Assembly (NCBI RefSeq): GCF_006345805.1 | Contig: NC_043008.1 | Location: 72,602,001-72,666,000 of the forward strand | Direction: 5' to 3' | Origin: Octopus sinensis | Lineage: Eukaryota | Length of the DNA: 64,000 bases | Part shown: in pieces, positions 37,743 to 51,493 of the stretch | Layout of the letters: every line of letters begins with the position of its first letter | How positions within the stretch are numbered: position 1 is the first letter of the stretch | Translations under genes and position numbers: made by a program | Notes under the pieces: model-generated | Told to the model about the DNA's origin: nothing | What the model saw: the letters and a program-made list of their open reading frames with translations, nothing else | Databases searched by the model: none

Positions 37743-38764
37743 TCTGTAAAAATATATTCAGCCATGGGAAATTATTTAATTGCCTAAAAACAGATGAGGG
37801 CTGATGACTAGAAGAGTTTAAGGTCTTAAAATCTTTGACATTACACATTCTGTCTGACTCATACAAGCAGGGAAAAGTAGATGGTAAAATGATGTTTACA
37901 ATATATATGATTATTTAAACAAACACACACATATATATAATTATGCACACTTATGCATACATCTATAATGACACACACACACATTTAAAATTATAGAAAC
38001 ATGTATAAGTGTACATTCATATATATAATTACATTTGCATACATATATATAAGTGTATACATACATTCATATGTATGGTTTAGATTGAAATGTGAGGTGA
38101 GTTTATATAATGATAAGGCAATGAGTAACTAATATACTCAATAAATCAATAAATTTGTTCAATCAATTATTAAGTAGTCTGAGTGAGAGGAATTGGTTTG
38201 GTGTATTGATACTCTGAAGTGTGTGAGTGTTGATGGTAGTGTGGATGTTGGTGTTGGCACTATAGTGTAGAGCAATCTTAACAACTCTTATTAATATTAT
38301 AAGAGTTCATATGATAATATTTACCTATCATCTGTGTTGTTCTATTTCAGGATTGCTTAGTTAGTGGTTTGGGAATTAAACCTCTGACAGATTATATATT
38401 GTTTCTGTCTGTCTGTCTCTCTCTTTGTTCACTATATAATTCCATTGATGATGTCATAGACACATTGAACTCTACCCTCCCTCTACACATGATCACACGA
38501 ATCTAAGCGCATCACACCTTTTATCATTGTTGTCACTCTTCACCTCTCTCCACCATATACCTTAGTTACTAATCTACACCCCTGCCACATACACACACAC
38601 ACACACACACACACATTATTTACACTCAGTTGCTAGTCTGCCCCAACTAACCCTAGTTGCACTACATACCCCACTCTCCCTATGTAGATAGTTCCACTTA
38701 ATTGCATACCTGAGGATTTGAAATTCTCATGCAATTTATAGAAGTATGTAATTAACTGAATTTA

Positions 38765-39135
38765 CATGTTCTTTCACCTGTTTCAGTCTTTGGACTTTGG
38801 CCATGCTGCAACACTACCTTGCAGGGTTAGTCAAAACAAATTGAGTTAGTACAGATTTAAAATTTGGTACTTATTTAGTAAGTCACTTTTGCTGAGCTGC
38901 CTAATAATGGGGATATAAACAAACTAATGCCAATTGTCCAACAGCAAGAAGACAAAGACACACACGCACACATACGTATGAATGGATTCTCAAAATTTTC
39001 ATCAACCAAATTCACTTATAAAGCATTTGATGGTCTAGTGTGATTATAAAGATACTTATATAAGGTGCTATGCAATGGAATTGAACTAAAAACCATGTAG
39101 CTGTGAAACAAACCTCTTGACCATGCATCCATGTT
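38765..39135 (-). mobile_element. SINE family 1, heavily diverged
   Basis: cctgtttcagtc..ggccatgct..ggaattgaactaaaaaccatgtagc. Confidence 0.55.
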
Positions 39136-39879
39136 AGTGCTTTTAGTAAGCTACAAATCACATTTCTGTATACTGTTCAAAGGTATTGAGATTAATCTAC
39201 ATATGCAAAGGTATAATCCTTACATCATAAAATAATAAAGCATTTCTTTATCATTTATTTATAGTATGTATTGTGTACATATACTTTACTTCTGTTCTAC
39301 CCAATTCAAGCAACATTTTTATTTGTATATGTTGGTATGACAATTATGTGACATAACCAATGCTTCAGTTTCATTTTATATTCTTCAATTATCAAAGCTT
39401 TAACTATAGAACTGTGCTGTGAGCCTTATGAGTGGATTTGGTACATAGAAATTTTTTAAAATAACACAGTAGCCAGTTGTGTGTGTGTGTGTGTGTGTGT
39501 GTGTTTGTGTACGGGGTCTATGAAAGCCATTTATTTTGAGAGGTATTTTTATTGTCAATCATCCTGTCAACATATTATCTTCTTGCTTCATATCTTTGAA
39601 AACTTGGCGAATAAAGATCCCTTTTTTGAAAAGCAGGATAGCATTAGCAGCAGGTAGGGCAGCTGGGTGTAACAGAATGCCTTAATGCTACCATAGAAAA
39701 ATAGATGTAAACATGGATACCTATATCTATGTATGTGTATGCATGTAAGCTTTATTTTTCCTTTTCTAATTTACAGTCAATTTGGACCAGCCACCTGCTT
39801 ATTAATAAGATTGTAAAGGAAAATATTTTGTTTTATTCATCATCCTTTAAATCTCAAGAAATTTTTGCTGATTTTTATT

Positions 39880-40530
39880 GTCCCACCGATAATTCCATTC
39901 ACTGCACCAAATGTAAGCTACAGACACATAAGAGGTGCAGTGGAATCATAGGTAGATTAACAGATAAGGTCACCTTTGTGCATGGCAGACGTTCAGGAAC
40001 AATAAGCAATAAGAACACTTAAGATTTAGATTCTCTCAAATGTCCATGAGTCTCTTTGAGGTAGTAGATAGTTTCTGTTACCTAGGTGACCGAATTAGCA
40101 ATGGGGGTTGAATGCTCTGAAAATGATGTTTCTAGAATATAAATAGGAAGGAAGAAGTTACATCCTCTGTTGGCAACAAAAGGACTCTCTCTCAGGGTGA
40201 AAGGTACACTGTATGATGCTTGTGTATGAACAGCTATACTCCATGATAGTGAGTCGTGGGATCTGAATGCAGAGTAGATGTATAGACTAGAGAGGAATGA
40301 AGGCAATATGCTCCACTTGATGTGCAGCATCAGTGTGCATGAATGACAAAGTGCAAATGTTTTGAAAGAAAAGTTAGAGGAATCAAATGCATTGTGCAAG
40401 AAAGGAGACTATGTCGGTTTGGACATGTGATGTGTCTGAATAAAGACATCTGCGTAAAGAAGTGCCAGTCACTGAAAGTGGATGATACTTGTGGAAGAGG
40501 GAGACCCAGGAAGACATGGGATGAAGTCGT
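39880..40530 (+). mobile_element. Older fragment of the PHD-RTE LINE family
   Basis: HCTKCKLQTHKRCSGIIGRLTDKVTFV; VVDSFCYLGD; [28 protein letters not shown]. Confidence 0.85.
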
Positions 40531-40649
40531 GCTCCTGCTTGGCACAAATCAGAACTGCATCTCATCTACACAAATTCTCTCCCTAATATATATATACATA
40601 CACAAATGTATATATATTTATACATATATATATACATACACACACATGT

Positions 40650-40698
<49 letters not shown>

Positions 40699-42319
40699 TA
40701 TCTTACTGTGAATGTTTTTATTAAGCAGTGTCAACTATTACAATTCTGTAAATAATAATAATAACATTTTATAAGCTTAAAGCTTATAGCGATCACTGCA
40801 CAATGACTAATGAAAATAGTTTAATAATGGGGCATATAAGGAGGTCAAAGATATGAGAGTGTCTAAAGTTGTTAAGAATAAAGAAAAGGAGAGGGAGGAG
40901 AAGAGGGAATTCAGATTAGATTGATGCTGACGGAGATAAAGGTCATTGTGAATATTCAGCAGAAGTCATTTTACAATGTCAGCAGTAAATAAATATATTG
41001 TTACAAGCATGCATATATATTTATACAGAATTAAAAGAAAAGAAAAGTATTTTTAGATGTGAAATTGTCAGAAATGAGAAGAAAAGGAAGAGAAGAGGTA
41101 AAATATTTAGTAAGGAGTTGGAGTAAGGAGGATTTGCTTGGAGAGAAGAAGAGTGGAGGGGGAAGAAAGAGAGGGAGATGGAAGATAAAATTGCAAGTCA
41201 TTAGGGGAACATGGCAGTCAAAGATAAATTGGTAGCTTACTACTTAACAGTAAAACTATATATTCGCATATCTGTGTGCACATGTGTATGTTCTCTGTGT
41301 TCTTATAGTATCCTATAGGTGTGCATATATGCATGCATATTCTCATGTGGAGAGAGAAAGATATTGGGAGATCACAGGGTTAAGAAAATGTAAAGGTAGC
41401 TAAAAAAAAGTTGTATGTTATGGGGGTGGAAGTGCAAGAGGATTAGTTAGGGAATAATTGGGGAGGGCACTATTATTTGTACCTTAAAAGTGTGTTACAT
41501 AACTTGTGTTTATTCTGTTCATTCAGGCAATTGCTGCATGACATAATAGACAAGATTTCTGTGATGCAGCGATTGCATTTGTTGTTATAACCATTATACG
41601 GTTTGGCATGGGTAACAATGAACCGTTTTAACTTGTATAGAACTGAATTTTGTTTTAAATTATAAATGAGCCAAGATAGAGATGTGCTGCTGGTTCTTGC
41701 TTGAAATTTAAAGCTATATTAGTGGTTACCAGCTGTGACCTTGAAGGTGGTGCTGCATGAGCCAATATATACATACTTGGAATCTTCCATGAATACTGCA
41801 CATTTATACACCATATTTTTTGTGAGGCATCCTATCATCTTCTATACCTTAGTCCTACTCCTAAATATCTTACTTCTCTTCCTTTGCTTCTCATCCTTGA
41901 CAATTTCACTTCTAAAAATTCTATTTTCTTTTGATCCTATATAAATATATATACTTATGTACAACAATATATTTATTTACTGTTAACATAGTAAAATGAC
42001 ACACTGACCTTCCCCTACTCCCTCCTCTCCCTTTCTCTATTCTTAAAAACTTTAGACAATCACCCATTCCATATTTTTGATCTCCTCCTTCTTTTCTATT
42101 AACAGCCATCTTATTTCTTTATACATATTTTTAAAAAAATTCTTTTAACCTGTTCTCTGGCTTCACTACTCATTTTAAATTAAATCTCCAATGAGTTAAC
42201 TTTGGATCCCTTGACAACATTGTAACCTTCATTTAATTAAGATATCTTCAACCTAATGAATAGCTAGTGGAGTATTTCTCATTGAGTAATTATTGCTTCC
42301 TAGGTTCTACTAGCAAGGA

Positions 42320-43012
42320 AACATATGTAGCCTGGATTTTACCTGTTCAGTGGTCTACACAGATTTGCAGAAAGTGTATGGAGAGGAGTGTATGAGCCAC
42401 ACATAAGTGTTTGAGTAGTTCAGATATTTCCAAGAGGACCAAAACAATGGTGATAGTGATGAACATTCTGGGAGATCTGCAACCAGCAGAACTGAGGAAA
42501 ACATTGCAGATGTGCATGCAGGTGTGAGGGGAAATCATTGAATCGCCATCCATGAGTTATCAGAGGATGTGCAGATTAATTACAGTTCAATTCAGTACAT
42601 TATCACTGAAGATTTGGATATGAGACATGTGTCTGCCAAGTTTGTGCCAAAACTGCTTTCAGCTGACCAAAAAGACACTTGGGTTTCAGTTGCACAAGAT
42701 CTTCTTAATTGAGTTGAGAACGATGAAAACTTTATGAAAACTTTGCATAGGCCTTGGAGCAGGTATCACCAACCTTTTGATAAAATTTGATGCAGATTCT
42801 CTGTTCAATTTTCTCTGTCATGGCCAATGCGACGATCACACGTTATCCACCTTTCTTCCAAGCACTGCTGTAAACAGTGGAAGTGAGATAGAATGTTAAC
42901 ACTTAGTGTCCATGAACAGCAGAGTTCAATGTCAATCTGTGCCAAGTAGCTTTACTGTGTGAGCTTTAGCTTCGTTACTATGGCAAGGGACCGGATATTT
43001 ATTGATCAGGCC
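42320..43012 (+). mobile_element. Mariner remnant (N-terminal HTH region plus 3' end)
   Basis: DLQKVYGEECMSHT*VFE*FR; DEHSGRSATSRTEENI; ITEDLDMRHVSAKFVPKLL; ends ttattgatcaggccac. Confidence 0.75.
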
Positions 43013-43033
43013 ACACACACACACACATATGAC

Positions 43034-43085
<52 letters not shown>

Positions 43086-43162
43086 GGGAATATGATTCCA
43101 AACTTACAGGGAAAAATTCAATTTAGTAATAGTAAATCAGATTTCACAATATATAATATATG

Positions 43163-43546
43163 TATATAAATTAGAGAAAAGCCACCATGTAGCAATTCAA
43201 CAAAGATATAATTACATCATATCATATAGAAAAAAATTAGATATAAGATAAAACATTTACCTAGAACTAAATAAAGTACAAAATAATAAATACATAGTAT
43301 ATAATTAGTATACTATTTATTTATCATTATTTATTATTTAGCTCACTTCTACTGTTTACAGCAGTGCTTGGAAGGAAGATGTTTAATGTGTGATTGCCAC
43401 ATTGACCATGACAGAGAAAGTTGACCAGAGAATATATTTATTTAGTTCTAGGTAAATGTTTTATCATATATTTAGTTTTTTTCTATATGGTATGATTTAA
43501 TTATATCATTGTTGCATTGCTACATGGTGGTTCTCTAATTTATATA
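43163..43546. repeat. Fold-back with ~110-bp arms enclosing an inverted copy of upstream flank
   Basis: 43163-43273 pairs with 43439-43546; 43342-43433 is the reverse complement of 42796-42887. Confidence 0.85.
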
Positions 43547-43962
43547 TATATATATATGTATATTATGCACTGTTAAAAAAAAAGTACTCTATATGGTGAG
43601 AGATAAATATTATTCATTTAAAGGACACAATGCATGTCTTTAAGTCCTACTAGTTGTTTCATATGTTGAGAAATATCTCAAACATATTCTTGAGGTATGA
43701 ACCAATTAGCATAACGAACAAAAAAGAAAATGAATAAGAAGAAATGTGAAAAAACTGAGAAGGCAGCATATAGAAAATGCAGAAGGTTAAAAAAATGGAA
43801 AATGATAAAAGGGAAAATAAAAAAGTAAAAACTAAAATATAAAAAGTAAAAAAGTGAGAAGAATTATCTGCCTTAGAGTTTAAATTACAAGGCTTGAAAA
43901 ATATCAGCAAGTTAATCTGGTATAGGAGGGATTTTCCATTTCTTCAAAATATATTTATACAT

Positions 43963-44128
43963 AGGCACAGGAGAGGCTGTGTGGTAAGAAGCTTGTTTCC
44001 CAACCACATGGCCCCAAGTTCAGTCCCACTGCATGGCACCTTGGCCAAGTGTCTTCTACTATAGCCTCAAGCTGACCAAAGCCTTATGAGTGAATTTGAT
44101 AAATGGAAACTGAAAGAAGCCTGTCATG

Positions 44129-44159
<31 letters not shown>

Positions 44160-44362
44160 ATTTATGTGTCTGTGTTTATCCCCCACCATCACTTGACAAC
44201 TGACGTTGGTGCATTTATGCTCCCGTAACTTAGTGTTTCAGCTAAAGAGACTGATAAAATAAGTGCTAGGCTTACAAAGAATAAGTCCAGGGGGCGATTT
44301 GATCGACTAAAGGCGGTGCTCCAGTATGGCTGCAGTTAAATGACTGAAACAAGTAAAAGAAT
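43963..44362 (+). mobile_element. SINE family 1, full length
   Basis: aggctgtgtggtaagaagcttg..gttcagtcccactgcatggcaccttgg..aatgactgaaacaagtaaaag. Confidence 0.9.
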
Positions 44363-44364
44363 GT

Positions 44365-44780
44365 TTGCAACAACTGAAAATCTCAGACTTAGAGTTCAGT
44401 AAAGAGTTAGGAATCTTAGATCTGAAAAGGATCTGAGCACTTTCAGCTAAACATAGGCTACATTTATTTGATCTATTAACATATATATGCATGGAAAGCA
44501 CTTTTGTACCCTCACTCAGTGCTTGCCAAGCATTTTTGATCAAATCTCCTGTGAGTTAACAAGGAATCCCTTGACAACAATATCATCTTAATTTGACTAA
44601 ATTCTCTTTGGCCTGACAAGTAGCTAGCAGAAGACACCTTGTTTGGATAATTACTACTTCCGAGGTTTTGCAAGCTACGAAACATAGCTTGGATTTTCTC
44701 TACTCCATTTCCTAAATTTGGATTTTTATTCACATGCACAGCAACACCAGCTGCTATCCAAGAACTATAAAATAACATTT
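44365..44780 (-). mobile_element. Penelope-like GIY-YIG C-terminal remnant
   Basis: KCSLCLAE..NSLLNSKSEIFSCCKH resembles the PLE C-terminal CxLCxxEK..LLNKRSE..C.H motif. Confidence 0.5.
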
Positions 44781-44804
44781 TTCAGCTTATCGAAATTTAA
44801 TATA

Positions 44805-45150
44805 CTCCTTTACTTGCTTCAGTCATTTGACTGCAGCCATGCTGGAGCACTGTCTCTTAGTTGAACAAATTGACCCCAGGACTTATTCTTTGGAAGCCTA
44901 GTACTTATTTTATTGGTCTCTTTTGCTTAACTACTAAGTTATGGGGATGAAAACACACCACCATCGGTTGTCAAGCGATGTTGGGGGAAAAACAGACACA
45001 CAAACATATACACACACATACATATATATATATATACATATATACAACTGGCTTCTTTCAGTTTCCGTCTACCAAATCCACTCACAAGGCTTTGGTCAGC
45101 CCGAGGCTATTGTAGAAGACTCTTGCCCAAGGTGCCATGAAGTGGGAATG
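44805..45150 (-). mobile_element. SINE family 1
   Basis: Reverse complement of 43963-44362. Confidence 0.85.
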
Positions 45151-45262
45151 AACTGGGAAAAATTCGCATCGCTAAACCACTAGTGTTCCTGAAAGTTGTT
45201 CTTTATATCTTCTATGGACTGTTCAAAGCTTACTAACTTCCTACACCTTGAACCTTACCTAT

Positions 45263-45306
<44 letters not shown>

Positions 45307-46079
45307 GCAATAGTTTTTCACAGCTGCTAATTTCAAGATTCATATTGCTGCTCTAAAAAATATTTCACTTTTAAGCAACAATATTCTTAAATATTCAATC
45401 GATGCAGGGCAAGTATAATTTCTAATATCAAAATTAATAATAACTAATTGCATGTGACAGTTAAATAGTGGACTGAGAGTTTAAAGTGGTGGTAATTGTG
45501 AACAGAGTGTGTGTGTGAGGAAAGGTAAGGATGTATAGGGGGTGAGGGGTGTTTAGTAAAAAGACATGGTAAACAAAAAAATGGAAGAAAGAAAAAGAGT
45601 GAAAGCGAAAATTAAAAAGAAAAACTATGAAATAGAGCAAGGGATGATAAAGGAAGGAAGCAAAAACGAAAAGAGAGAAGAAATGAGTGAAGAAGTAGGA
45701 GGAAGCAGGACTGAAAGCAAGAGGTTGAAGAAGTAGAGCAGAAGGTGATAGAACGGAAAGACGATAGATTTGACTGTGATAGATTTCATTAGGGGGACTG
45801 TTGTAAAATCATTTCTTTGACTCGTGTTATTGTACTTAATTCTATGTATTGAGTTCTGTCACATTTTTTTGTATTAACAAAAATATATAGACACAAGCAC
45901 AACACTCACACACACACGTATACACACACACACAGGTGCATACATAAATTTGTGATAATCTTTGAAAGTATAGCAAGTCAAATATGTGGGAAATAAACAG
46001 TTTGAGTCCATTGGTAGTTTTAAATTTCTAAAAAATATAACTGTAAATGTTTGCAAGTATTCAGCTATTCTAAAGGAAG

Positions 46080-46640
46080 ATGGTATATTTCTCTGAGTAG
46101 CAAAGATAACACTTTCTGGAACAATTATTGTAGGGGAATATGTGTCAACTTAATAATTTTATTATGTCTTGAATTCTAGACATTAAAATAGTGGGATGTC
46201 TTTCTGAATCTCTGAATGTACACACATATGTCAAGAGAATTTATTATAAATGGATTTTCAATAAGACTGATAAAACTTTTTGTTCACTATTTACAAGATA
46301 AGTTTTAGTTTGATAGAAAGACAATGCCATTGAGACAGCAGATATTAGAATTATTGTAATTAGATAATGTTGGAGGGTTTTGTCTTCTGTTTATGGTGGA
46401 TGTGGAAGCACTAAAGGTTTTAATGCAGCTGTAGCTCACTTTAATGCTATTTCTATTAAATATCTTAAAATATCTAAGATTTATGCAGAAATGCTTATTT
46501 ATTAAATCTATAAATTTTTTACCATGTGAATAGTTGAATATACAAAATATATTCAGCACATGACAATGGGCTAACAAATATGTGTGAGATTTTCTAATGG
46601 TTTTTGGGAGCCAATCAAATCTCAATGAATAATCATACAT
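46080..46640 (-). mobile_element. Penelope-like remnant (RT/GIY-YIG linker)
   Basis: GKKFIDLINKHF..FKIFNRNSIKVSYSC in ORF 46305..46640. Confidence 0.65.
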
Positions 46641-46701
46641 GGCTTCAGTAATTAGTCATCATTTGTAAACACAAACACTCTCCAAGCTCTCCTTCCCCCT
46701 C

Positions 46702-46732
<31 letters not shown>

Positions 46733-47084
46733 GAGGAAAAGAGAGTGAGAAAGAGTGAGAGAGAGGAGATAATGAGATAGATAAATAAATTAGATACACA
46801 GAGACATGGTATAAAATAAATATTTTTGTACAGCACAGAGTATGTTTGAAACCTATGATAAACTTATGTAATGAAACTACAGATTTTTTTAAGCCTTCAC
46901 TGTAGAACCCTAGTAATAAATTTCCATTATTATTCTCTTCACTTAATTAATAAAGGTGTGCTCCCTTTGATGTGGCAAGACACCTGCTTCTGGCCCTCTG
47001 TCTCTTTGTCACACTCTAACCTTTCATCTCCTGACACAGGTTCCTCTCTTCAAATGTCCCTGCCCCTCTCCTAATTCCTTGTCT

Positions 47085-47392
47085 TGGTTACCCTGCCAGT
47101 GCTGGTGCCTTGTTAAAAGCATCCAGTCCACACTGTAACATGATTGGCGTTTGGAAGAGCACCCATCTGTAAAAAGTATGCTAAAACTAACCTCGCCTAT
47201 GCTAGTGCCTTGTAAAAAGCACTGAGTCCACTCTGCAGACACTATGCAGAGTTGTTGGTGTTAGGAAGGGCATCCATCCATAAAATCCCTACCAAAATAG
47301 ACACAGTAGCCTAGGGTAGTTTTCCTCCCTGGCTGGCTCCTGTCAACCATCCTACCAATGCATGCATAGAAGATGATGATGATGACGATGAC
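47085..47392 (+). mobile_element. RTE-LINE 3'-end copy with internal duplication and (GAT)n tail
   Basis: gctggtgccttgttaaaagcatccagtccacactg is repeated at ~47100 and ~47200; ends gaagatgatgatgatg. Confidence 0.6.
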
Positions 47393-48032
47393 CCAGGTAT
47401 GTTTCACAGTTCTTTGTCCTCTAATTAGTGGTCATGTATTCCTTTATTCTTCATTCTACTGAACATGTAGAAAACTTTGAGAAAATTGCTATTTTAATCA
47501 AATTCAAACCAGAATTTAGAGTATTTTGCATACTGTGTGTTTGACATCAGCATCATTAAATAATTGCTGGTTAGAGGTATAAAAGAGAGTATTTGTCTTT
47601 TGATGAGCCATCCATACACATGAAACATACCAGGACAATCTCCTTTATTTTTTTTTGTGCATGAAGAGATTATCAGGATCTATCTAGACAGCTTTAAAGT
47701 TTCAATGGCAATGAACTATTTACAAGTAGTATAAGTGCTTTAATGTAATCTCCAATGTATGTAAATATACACACCTGTGTGTGTATGTATATGTATATAC
47801 GTATATATATGAATATGTGTTTTTGTATGTGTATATATTATTATGTGTTTTTTTTATGTATACATATATGTATATATATGATTATATGTTTTTGTATGTA
47901 TATATATATATATATATATAATTTAAAATTAGCACAAAGCATAAGGATGCATGAAGCATCAACCTGCTTAGAAATAGTAATATTTTATTTCAAATGTAAG
48001 CATTCAGATGTTTGCTCATATACATATATATT

Positions 48033-48079
<47 letters not shown>

Positions 48080-48774
48080 ATATACATATATATATATGTA
48101 TATATTTATGTATGCATATATATGTATATTTGTATAGATATACATGCATATATGTGCACATGCAGTAATTAGTACAATATTTATAATGATTTTATAACTT
48201 AACCACTCAGCTAAACCACCGGCCCAACTAGATCAAAGGCATACTGATTCTGAAGTGACAAGCTCTAAAGACACCAATGTACAAAAATTGATGGTAGTCT
48301 TTTTAATGATTATCTTTCTGTCTGTATGCCTCTCTCTCAATTTTTTCTCTCCTATCATATCATTCTCTTTGGCAATGTCAGCCATTAAGCCCCTTAAACC
48401 AGTCGTTAATCTTTTCTTCTATTTCTCTTTATATGTGTGTATAAATATATATGTATTGAGTATATATAGAGTGTATATATGTTTATATATATATGTGTGT
48501 GTGTGCGTGTGTGTGCATGTATGTATATGTATGTATGCACATATGCATGTATATGTGTGCGTATATATATATATCCATAATAATATATTGCAGTCTTTAC
48601 TTGAACTTCTACGCAGTTACTTAGGAAGTCTTGACTAATAAAACCTACCCCCATCATTCAAAGAGTTTTCAAAGATTACTTTACCGAGTTCTTCTAATCA
48701 ACTTAGAAATATTTTACTTTGAGATGCAAAGTAAAAACATAACTTTGTTTTAAAATTGTTTCCATCATCATCAT

Positions 48775-48775
48775 C

Positions 48776-48806
<31 letters not shown>

Positions 48807-48808
48807 TG

Positions 48809-48853
<45 letters not shown>

Positions 48854-48945
48854 TAATAATAATAATAATAATCAGTAGTAGTATTAGCAGTAAGTAATAG
48901 TAGTAGTAGTAGCTGTAATAATAATAATAATAAATGTAGTAATAA
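48775..48945. repeat. (AAT)n/(AGT)n microsatellite
   Basis: Direct reading. Confidence 0.95.
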
Positions 48946-49429
48946 TGATTGTTGTTGTTGTTGTTTAATATCTTTGTTATATGATTGCTATTGTGTTCTT
49001 TAAATTACTTTTTGAATTTCTTCTGAAAGTCTCATTGAAGATTATAAGATTAAAGTATTCGATATTTTCTTTTTACTTTCTCCAAGACTTGTTTACTACA
49101 TGGATTATTGTGGCACATTAGAATTTAGCTTACTTTCTTCCGATGTCTTGATGGCTAAAATGTTTTGGTTGACAAGAAAATAAATGCTTTTAGCCAAATT
49201 TTTTTCCTTTTTATACATTTTGTGCTTATATTTTCTTCTCTTTATTGTATTTTTTCTTTCTTACTGAAGTTATTCAATTAGGGATTTACAAGGAAAATCT
49301 ACCAGAATTATATTCTAATTCTTGTTTCAAACATCACCTTTTAAATATTAATGCATGTCTACAGAGAAATAAAAGCTTGAGTGGGATGGTATGGAGCTGG
49401 TGTGATAAAAACATAAAATTTGAAGAATG

Positions 49430-50090
49430 TTAGAATTTTTGTGGAATAATTGTATGAAAAGTAATTAAAAATTTTTTACATGATGTCATGAGAGTCATTC
49501 AGTCACATTTAGATTTCAATTTCAAACCAGTTTCTAATAATTTCACCAAGTCCTTGGGCAAGTCACGTTACTATGATGCTGCATTTTCACACTGTGATTT
49601 AACAGCTGTAGTTCCCACAGAAATTTCCAAGGATATGGGATTTTGAATAAAAAAATTTTTTTTAATTATGAGACTTTATGTGTAAGTGGAATTTTTTGAT
49701 TGGTTTTTAATCTTATTGGCCTGGGCATAGAGAGATAATTACTGTTTGTATTTGAGCTCCCCACACTGGACATAAATTTCTCAGAGATAACTGAGATCTA
49801 ATAAACAAAAGCATCTGAAAAGTGTGAAAGTTATCTGGAATTGTTAATCTGTGAATGTTATCCTGTGACCATCAAGTGATTGAAATGCATGCCACTTTGT
49901 GATACATATTTGTCACTTTCCACTTGACATATTTCCTCTTCAACTCATTTCAAGTCATCGTCTGGAAATGGTTGATTGTATTCTCATCGATCATCATTAG
50001 AATCATTTCAAAACTTGCAGTATCTCATCAATTGTAAGAAAATTCTGTATCCTTTTCTTTTCTCACTGAAAGTGTGTTTGGCGAGCTTCA
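49430..50090 (-). mobile_element. Possible Tc1/IS630-like transposase remnant
   Basis: Weak FSDA..F and NP.xx.FLWG-like traces only. Confidence 0.25.
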
Positions 50091-50364
50091 CAGAGAAAGA
50101 ATTTGAGATAATACCCAAAACTACTACATAAGTAGTGCCCTCACCAGTGCACAGACATCTGTAAATAGACTAATTCTGCTCTAACTACCTATCTTTCTTC
50201 TGATTGGCTGATCTATTTTCAGTTTGACAAGATGTTCACAAGGGTCTTGTTAATTCCCAGTGTATCAGATATTCAGGTGAGCATGATGTCTGTAATTCCC
50301 AGTAAATTAGAAATATATCCTAGCAAGGTTAAATATATTTTTCTTACCACCACTACCACGTCCA

Positions 50365-50600
50365 TCATCATCATCATCATCATCATCATCGTCATCATCA
50401 TCAATTAACATACCTGTTACATGCTAGAATAGGTTATATGGTTTAAGAAGATCGAGAGGACCCAAGAATTTTATCATGTTTTGGAATGTTTTTTATAGCT
50501 AAATGCCCTTCCTAGCACCAGCCATTTTACAGTGTAAACTGGGTACTTTTTATATGCCACTAGAATTAGTGAGGCCACTATACAGCTTGCAAGACTATGA
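50365..50600 (-). mobile_element. Diverged RTE-LINE 3'-end copy
   Basis: (CAT)n then ttaacatacc..catgctagaatagg..aaatgcccttcctagcacc..gggtactttttatatgccac. Confidence 0.55.
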
Positions 50601-51463
50601 ACTCTGAAGGCAGCTTTATATTCAGTGATGAGAGGTAAAATTATGAGAGAAGAGGTCCGAAGTAAAACTGATTTATTGCTGTGAAGGAGCTACACAACTT
50701 CTCACATTTTAGATTAGAAGGTGTGTTTAAGTGGAGCTGGAAAGGGATTAAAATAGAGGTGATGGGGTATGAGGTAGGTAGACGTGATGGAGGAACCAGG
50801 AGTGTGAATGGGTGGAGGCTGCAAGAATGTATGGGGGAGAAAAGAGGGAATGAGTGTGGGGAGGTAGGTGACCACTGTAAAGATTGGGTAGATTTAAAGG
50901 GTAAGATTTAATGGAGGTAGTTGGGGTCTCAGGAAAAAAATGCATATTTTACTGAAGGAATTGTGTTTGTATTAACAGTTGGATATATTTCCTGTAACAA
51001 AGAAGCTGATGAACAGAGGCAGACAGAATCTGTTGCTGAGAGTCTAAGGATAGGGAAGGGTAGTCAGACAACAGTGAACTGATCTATGTAACTTGCCCTT
51101 GATTTCAACAGAAATAATAAACTGAAGTTTGAACTAAATATTTTCTGGTTTGCAATGACTGATAGCATTTTTATATTTCTTACAGAATATCTGGTGCCAT
51201 ACACACCCACAGCCATAACTGTACACATCCACACACACACGCATTCTCACACATATACATACACATGTGTATGCATGCAGAGATACACAGTAAAATGTAC
51301 ACTGCTTACTGATTTAAGGGAAACCTTATCCAGTCATTCAGTAACCTGAGTTAATTCAATATATTATAGAACTAAATATTATAAACCCTGGAGAATAAAG
51401 AGTAGACATTGGCAAGTTTTAAATAAGTAAACAAAGGCCTTACAATAAGAGGAACATACTTAC

Positions 51464-51493
51464 TAATAGATGAATCTGGTTTACTTCCACAGA
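51464..51493 (-). other. Candidate 30-nt micro-exon (unsupported host gene)
   Basis: Long polypyrimidine tract, tgtcag|TCTGTGGAAGTAAACCAGATTCATCTATTA|gtaagt; frame-preserving, two open frames. Confidence 0.25.
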
